Shown here: piece by piece, positions 57,985-64,000 of the stretch
Layout of the letters: every line of letters starts with the position of its first letter
How positions within the stretch are numbered: the stretch's first letter is position 1
Source of the DNA: Phycisphaerae bacterium
Lineage (GTDB): Bacteria; Planctomycetota; Phycisphaerae; UBA1845; Fen-1342
Reading direction: 5' to 3'
Assembly: GCA_963666925.2 (NCBI GenBank)
Contig: CAXXTC010000006.1
Span: 1 to 64,000 of the forward strand
DNA: 64,000 bases
Notes under the pieces: model-generated
What the model saw: the letters and a program-made list of their open reading frames with translations, nothing else
What the model was told of the DNA's origin: nothing
Database searches by the model: none
Position numbers and translations under genes: made by a program

Positions 57985-59827
57985 ATGAGTCAGGGCGCTT
58001 CGCAGATCAACCTCAGCGAACTCGACGCCCCCCGCACACATCAACCCGATCCGCGCATCCTCGAACGCAATATCGCCGCCCTGGCAGCCGAGCAGCCCGA
58101 ATTCGCCCGCCAGCTCCGCGAATTGCGGCTGCCTGATCATTGGCAGCCGGCGCTGGCCCTCGATAACACGCCCACCTATCGCTGCGAAGCTCCCGGCCAT
58201 CCGCCTAAATGGCTCGGCCAGACCGCCGTCCCCGCGCGCCGCGCCGCGGCCACGCTCACCGACGCCCTCACGAGCGCAAAGAACGTCGCCCTGCCCTGCC
58301 TGGCAGCCGGCGCCGAGTTGGTCTACCTGCTGGCTCAACTCCCGCCGCACCTGGCCGTCTTCGTTTTTGAGGACGACCCGCGCGTCGTGGCCGCCGTCCT
58401 TTGGCTGCACGATTTCTACGCCGACATTGCCCGTGGGCGCTGCCAGTTCCTGCCGGCCGACCGCGAACGTGACGCGCTGCACAGCCTGCTTCAAAAACAC
58501 GTCGGCCTGGTGCCGCCCACCAACATCCTGCTCAAAGATCTCGTCTCACCCGAGCGCTGCGACGCGATCCGAACGACCTGCGAAGAGGTCGGCAACAGTG
58601 TGATTTCCGAGCGCAACACGCGTTTACAGCAACTGCTCGCCCAGCCAGCCACAGACAAGGCCGCCGCGCCAAACGCCGAACACGTGTCGCTCACCGTCCT
58701 CGCCCTCCGCCCGGAACCGGCCCTGCACGTCCACGCCAGCCAGCTTGAACAGGCCGCCCGCCAACTCGGCTGGCCGGTCACCTGCTGCACGACCGCCACC
58801 CCCTACGATGTCGACGGCCTGGTGCATTGCGAAGCGCTGCATGCCGCCGCCCCACAACTGACAATCTGCATCGACCACTACGCCAACGTTGTTCCGATCC
58901 TGCTGCCGGGCATCAAGTGCACCTGGGTGGTGCGCGAGCCGGACGGGCCAATGCAACCGCCGGATTCGGACATTTCACTACTGGCCGCGTCGCCGCATAT
59001 AGCAACCGACTTACGGAACAACTGCGCCGACGCCGTCCAGGTGATCGACTGGCACTGGGGTTGCTCGGCCACTACTGACACCCCCGTCGCCGCCGGCTGC
59101 TGACAAGCTCGACGTTCTGCTGGTCGCCGACCTGCCCAACGACACTCCTGCCGCCTATGGCGTCAAGCACTCCAGCCACCAGTTGCTCTGGCGTAACCTG
59201 CGCCAGCTGCTAAGCTCCTCTCACACTACCGCCGCCGCGCGCAACGCTCATAACCTGCTCGCCCGCGCCGAGCGTGAAACCGGGCTGCGCGTCGGCGACG
59301 CCGACCTGCGCAGCGACTTCCTGCGTCTCATAGCCGACGTGATCGTCCCGCTGGCGATGCTGGAACATCTGGCCGAGCTTCTTTCCAAGCAGCGTGCTCG
59401 CGTGCACACCGTCGGCCGCGGCTGGCAGCGCCTCGATCACGCCAACTTCACGCACCTGGCCGACGACTACGCCGACCTGATGAATTGCAACCCGCCGCCC
59501 GCGCCGCACGTCTGCGTATATGCCCCCGTGGGTGATCCGCTACGTCCCGTGGTGCTTCACGCCGCCGCCAATGGCTGGCCGCTGCTGGTTTGTGAGCCCG
59601 GTGCCTTTAACGTATCGGACGGTCTGAAACCCGTCCTGATGCCGGAGCAGCACTATCAACTCTTGCGTGACACTCTGGAACTCCCCCGTGCGCTACAATC
59701 ATATGTAGACGTTTCCCCGGGTGTCACGCGCCGCGCCGAACGCGCAGCTCATCACGTGCGTGCGAGCCACACTTACGCGCACCGTCTTGGAGGGCTCGCT
59801 CAGGATCTATTCGGCCCCGGCGTCTAA
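57985..59827 (+). CDS. Maf-like N-terminal domain + glycosyltransferase-like (CgeB/GT-B) C-terminus; apparent frameshift at ~59085
   Basis: GAAGGAG RBS; LERNIAAL...VFVFEDD; second frame continues to HVRASHTYAHRL (HTYxxR tail). Confidence 0.6.
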
Positions 59828-59850
59828 GCCCGACAGCGCTGGGTTCGCAA

Positions 59851-62844
59851 ATGTCATTGCCGCCTGACAACCTGACTTCACTATCAACGCTTAGCCGGCA
59901 CCTGTGCAGCGCAACGGTGCTCCTGGTGCTGTTCGCTATCGTTGCCGCCAGCCCCGCCGGCATCCCCACCGATCCCGCCATCACCGTGCTGGCCGACTTT
60001 GAGGACGCCTCCGTCGCCACCAGCATCGGCGCCGTGCAGAACGTCAGCGCCGCCGACTGCCGCGTGCGGCGTGAGTCCATCCCCGCCCGCGGACAGGGTA
60101 GCCTGGCACTGACCATCGGCGCCACCGCACCGCGCGTCTCCGTCGTCTGCGACCTGATCTTCCGCACGCCCGTGCGTCTCGAACGAGCCGACCAGGTCGC
60201 GACCTTCGTCTGGCTCAACGAGGGTGCTTTCGAACTCGCCTTTCGGCTGCGCGACGCTCGCGGCCAGGTATTTGAGACCCAGGCCAATCGCGTCGACCAC
60301 GCGCTGCGCTGGGTCCGCTACAGCGCCCCGGTTGACGCCGACGCGCTCACCCGCATCCGCGGCGAACAGCCGCTGACGCCGCCCTTCGAGGTCGCTGGCT
60401 ATCGCGTCACCACGACCAAACGTGGCGAGCAGACCATCTACCTCGACGATCTCCAAATCGAGCACCGCGTGCTCCATCGCGACCTCATCCGCGGCGAATT
60501 CGAGCTCAACGAACCCACCCAGATCTACGCCCCCGGCGCCACCGTCGGCGCCGCCGTCGTGCTCGAAAACCAATCACGCACCCGCACCCTGACCATTTTC
60601 GTCGACCTGGCCTGGCGCCGTCCCGACGGCTCCGTCCTCGCCACCGAGCAGGCCAGCGTCCGGCTACCGCCCGGCGGCAACGACTTCCGCGCCTATCGTC
60701 GACTCGATTTCTCGCAACGCATCGACACACCCGGCCTCTACCAGCTCGTCGCCGAGGCCCGCGCCGCCAATTGGCCCGCACCGAACGTCTTCGAGACCAC
60801 CATCGCCGTCACGCCCAGCAATCGGCGGCTCTCGCGCGGCCGGTCGACCTTCTTCGGCGTACGCAGCAACCTGCTCGCCGAACCCGAGCTCGACCAGTTG
60901 CTCGAAATCGGCGTCGCCCGCGATATGGGCGTCAACCTGCTCGCGCTCGACACCCCCTGGCGCTTGATCGAACCCAAGCCGGACGCAATCAACTTCGCTC
61001 TGCTCGACCCGCTCGTCGCGGCCCTCACCGCACGCGACATCGCCCCCCTGCTGATCATCACCGCGCCGCCACGCTGGCTGCCCGCCGACCACGAGTCGCG
61101 CCAGGCCCACGTCGCCACGCTGATCGACGCGCTCTTCACCCACTACGAAGGCCGGCTCGCGCGTTTCCAGTTGACCAGCTCAATCTTCATCGGGCTGAGC
61201 GTGCCGCAACAACTCGACGCCACGCTCGAACTGCATCAGCAACTCGTCAGCAAACACGATCAGCTCGAATTGCTCACGCCGCCCGCCGTCCCGCTTGATG
61301 ATCTCGACCTGGCCCCCACCGTCGGCCAGTTCATCGCCACCAACCCGGACTTCCCCGTCGCCTTCGCCACCGCCGGCTCGCCCGAGCAAAGCCGACAGAT
61401 GCTTGAGGGTTTTCGTATAGCGGGCGGCTTCCACTGGCGACCGGCCCACCGCTGGTTTCACACGGCCGACCCGCTGGTCGGCGCTGGCCGTGACACCAAC
61501 GCCGAAGAAATCCTGCGACACTACGTAACCGCAGCGGCCGCCGGCGTCGGCGGGCTGGTCTGGTATGACCTCCGCGACGATGACGTTTCCGCCGATCATG
61601 CCGACCGTCTTCGCGGCCTCGTGCGCCGTGATTTCAGCCCGAAGACGCGTCTACTCGGCTACGCGGCCGCCGCCGGCCAACTCACCGGCTACGCCTGTCA
61701 TGGCCCCGTCGCCGGCACACCCGCGGGCTTCACTTCCGCACTGTTCATCGGCGGCAACCGCCAGATCGCCGTCCTCCTGCCCAACCCCAACGCCGATCTG
61801 CCCGCCGTCCTCGCACCGATCAAAAAACTCCCCGGCCAGCTCACCGCGCAGGATTTTGAACGCCGGGCTTATCCCGTGCTCGAGTCGACCGCCCCACCAC
61901 TCGTGGCCGCCATCCCGCGCCCGCTCTTCATCACGCTTGAGCTCAAACAACCGCAGCCCGACCCGCAACTGGCCCTGGCCAATCCACCCTGGCTGCGCCT
62001 GCCCCACACCGTGTTCTGTAACGGCAGCGCCGAGTTCAACATAGCAGCCGACCTCGTCGTGCCACTGACGCAGAGCTACCTGCAACTGATCATCCCGCGC
62101 GACGCACCGCTCGAATCCTCATTCTCCGCGCTAGCGCTAACCGGCGAAGTCGGTGAAACGCTCACCCAATCCGTCCGCCTGACGCCCCGCCCGGGCGCCA
62201 ACTTTGAACATCTCACGCTCGCGCTGCGTGCTTCGATCGCCGGCGACACGCTCGAAATCCCCATCCACGTCCGCGCCGTCACGACCGTCCGGCAACTGCC
62301 TCGCGGCACCATGCTCAGCGATCCGCGCTTCACCCTCGCCGAGTTGGCGACTTCTTCTGACGTGCGCGCCACGGCCACCGTAACGCTTCTCGCCGCCTTC
62401 CAGGCGCAAGCCCTGCACCTTAATTTGAAAATCGAGGACGATCGCATCGTGCCTCCCATGCGAACGGATGGCTCAACCTCCGGCGACCGCGTACTCATCA
62501 GCATCGCCCGCGCCGGCGACCCGCTCGTGCAACAATTCGTCCTCTATCCCGGCTCCGCCGACGCCACCATCAGCCCCACCGCCAACAGCACCCTGCGCAC
62601 GCCCGACTACTGGCGCGCCCGCATCGATGGCTCACCGGAATCGGGCACCTGCTCGGTCAAAATCGAGATCCCCGCCCGCGCTCTCAGTCCCGGCGTACTG
62701 CGTCCGGGCGACCGCTTCCGCCTAGCCGTCCGCTATCTCGACGACGACGACGACGGATTCCCCGCCCAGCCCGTGGACTGGGGCGGCGGAGTCGACGGCA
62801 ACGCCACCACGCAAACCGGACATTGGATCACACTCGGAAGCTGA
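59851..62844 (+). CDS. Large secreted protein: CBM-like, Ig-like, degenerate clan GH-A barrel, CBM9-like C-terminus
   Basis: Signal peptide; LADFED...IYLDDL; WRLIEPKPDAINFALLD; VWYDLRD...GLVRRDFSPK; KIEIPARAL. Confidence 0.65.
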   Translation: MSLPPDNLTSLSTLSRHLCSATVLLVLFAIVAASPAGIPTDPAITVLADFEDASVATSIGAVQNVSAADCRVRRESIPARGQGSLALTIGATAPRVSVVCDLIFRTPVRLERADQVATFVWLNEGAFELAFRLRDARGQVFETQANRVDHALRWVRYSAPVDADALTRIRGEQPLTPPFEVAGYRVTTTKRGEQTIYLDDLQIEHRVLHRDLIRGEFELNEPTQIYAPGATVGAAVVLENQSRTRTLTIFVDLAWRRPDGSVLATEQASVRLPPGGNDFRAYRRLDFSQRIDTPGLYQLVAEARAANWPAPNVFETTIAVTPSNRRLSRGRSTFFGVRSNLLAEPELDQLLEIGVARDMGVNLLALDTPWRLIEPKPDAINFALLDPLVAALTARDIAPLLIITAPPRWLPADHESRQAHVATLIDALFTHYEGRLARFQLTSSIFIGLSVPQQLDATLELHQQLVSKHDQLELLTPPAVPLDDLDLAPTVGQFIATNPDFPVAFATAGSPEQSRQMLEGFRIAGGFHWRPAHRWFHTADPLVGAGRDTNAEEILRHYVTAAAAGVGGLVWYDLRDDDVSADHADRLRGLVRRDFSPKTRLLGYAAAAGQLTGYACHGPVAGTPAGFTSALFIGGNRQIAVLLPNPNADLPAVLAPIKKLPGQLTAQDFERRAYPVLESTAPPLVAAIPRPLFITLELKQPQPDPQLALANPPWLRLPHTVFCNGSAEFNIAADLVVPLTQSYLQLIIPRDAPLESSFSALALTGEVGETLTQSVRLTPRPGANFEHLTLALRASIAGDTLEIPIHVRAVTTVRQLPRGTMLSDPRFTLAELATSSDVRATATVTLLAAFQAQALHLNLKIEDDRIVPPMRTDGSTSGDRVLISIARAGDPLVQQFVLYPGSADATISPTANSTLRTPDYWRARIDGSPESGTCSVKIEIPARALSPGVLRPGDRFRLAVRYLDDDDDGFPAQPVDWGGGVDGNATTQTGHWITLGS

Positions 62845-62864
62845 TAACGAAAACGCAGGCGGGG

Positions 62865-63032
62865 CGTAGTGCGCGCAAAAAACGGGTGGCCGCAGATGGG
62901 GTCCTCTGGAGGGGGGGTTGGGGTTCGAGCGAGGGGGCCATCAAGCACGGATCATGCTTTCAGGAACCAAGTCCTTCCCTGATGGCCGAGGGACGCCGTC
63001 ATCTACTGGCCACCCATTCGATTCGCACTACG
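62865..63032 (-). ncRNA. Candidate structured non-coding RNA (family unassigned)
   Basis: Nested helices CGTAGTGCG/CGCACTACG, GGGTGGCC/GGCCACCC, AGATG/CATCT, GGCCATCA/TGATGGCC; U-tract after the helix on the minus strand. Confidence 0.45.
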
Positions 63033-63441
63033 TTTAAAAGATCGACGTGAGTCAAGAAGTGCACCGGCAGGGACATCCGTGTTCTGCCGGTGCGAGTCGG
63101 CCGTTCGCTGCTCCTCCCTGAGCTGCCTTTCCGACCGGGATCCGCACAGCCGTCGGCGCCGCAATTGCCAGGAAAAAACACCCGACAAACTACCTATAAT
63201 CAACCGACGCGTTACTGACAGTCTAACACAGATTCTTATCGGCGGGTCCTAAAACACCCCCCAGGATTACCAGCGAGAGCATTACGCTTGGCAAATTAGT
63301 TGAACACAGACAGTCCAGACACAACATATAGCCGCCCCCCTCAACCCCAACCCCTTGGTTGATCACCACAAGCAGATATAATCTCATTATATTTCCCCCA
63401 TTTTCACACCAATCCGGCCAGAGAACGTCAAATTGACGACT

Positions 63442-64000
63442 TTATGGGCTCAAATTGCCATGCCCAACTCGACGTAGAACCTTGCGCAACAGTAGATAAT
63501 TGCGCCCCCGATAACGCGTCACCTCGGCCGACACGACGAACTCAGTGAAGCCCGCCTGTGCTTCTCGCTCCATCATCTCTAGTAATTGATTCTCAAGAAC
63601 CGTCATGGTTTCTAATTTCGGCGCCCCCACATCGGCCTGGATGGCCAACTGTGGCTGATCGCCTTCGTAGATCAGGCGGGCCGGCCGCTCCATCAAAAAC
63701 GTCCCCTCCAGCAACAACTGTGGCCCCCCCCTGCTGGCTTGGCTGGTAGCCTCGGCCGGTCCTGCGGGCAGGATTGGCGTCGCCCGGTCCTGTTGCCGCA
63801 AGAGGTTCTTCAAAATCGCCGCCTCGTCGGGCTTGCGCAGCGTCGACTGTTCCGGCGGTGTCGTGGTCGCAGGTTGCGTGGTCGTGCCCGGGGCGGGTGG
63901 TTCCTGCCCCAGCGCAGGCCGCAGACCGACGCCAACGGCCAACAGTGCCCCCATCCGCAGGAAGTCCCGCCGAGAAGCGGGATCGGTGTCGCATTTGTCC
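63442..64000 (-). CDS. Hypothetical exported protein with twin-arginine signal; start at or beyond the window edge
   Basis: Frame is open upstream of 63954: DKCDTDPASRRDFLRMGALLAVGVGLRPALG; Pro/Thr linker; OB-like tail (EVTRYRGRNYLL). Confidence 0.7.
   Translation of the reverse strand, partial: DKCDTDPASRRDFLRMGALLAVGVGLRPALGQEPPAPGTTTQPATTTPPEQSTLRKPDEAAILKNLLRQQDRATPILPAGPAEATSQASRGGPQLLLEGTFLMERPARLIYEGDQPQLAIQADVGAPKLETMTVLENQLLEMMEREAQAGFTEFVVSAEVTRYRGRNYLLLRKVLRRVGHGNLSP

Noticed and set aside
63288..63304. Sigma54 promoter (TTGGCA...TTGAA)
   Set aside because: -12 element is GA rather than GC, and no plus-strand gene follows

Overview
GC-rich chromosomal window, most likely from a Planctomycetota (Phycisphaerae-like) bacterium. 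This is inferred from the planctomycete-type ECF sigma/Ser-Thr kinase pair, PEP-CTERM proteins, 'GDLNCDGxVNFDDIN' dockerin-like tails and a Minf_1886-like gene. Many genes have single-base indels, mostly in G/C homopolymers, which points to an unpolished long-read assembly. Content, left to right: a Na+-translocating methylmalonyl-CoA decarboxylase operon with birA; ECF sigma plus kinase; a TetR-regulated RND efflux system; ino1; cysteine desulfurase; two secreted dockerin-tailed enzymes; smc with a downstream histone-H1/Hc2-like gene; two tandem PEP-CTERM paralogues with a shared structured leader; trpA; a third dockerin-tailed protein; tkt; rpmH; acpS; tig-clpP-clpP; xseB; comF; dapA; a Sul-type dihydropteroate synthase; RicT/PSP1; two large GH-like secreted proteins; and REP/REPIN repeats. 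Best leads: (1) the smc + histone-like operon with a candidate NrdR box; (2) the conserved structured 5' leader on both PEP-CTERM genes; (3) a possible PEP-CTERM anchor/dockerin-enzyme surface system; (4) a chromosomal Sul-like folP; (5) a candidate structured ncRNA at about 62.9 kb. All calls come from reading motifs by eye; no database search was run.
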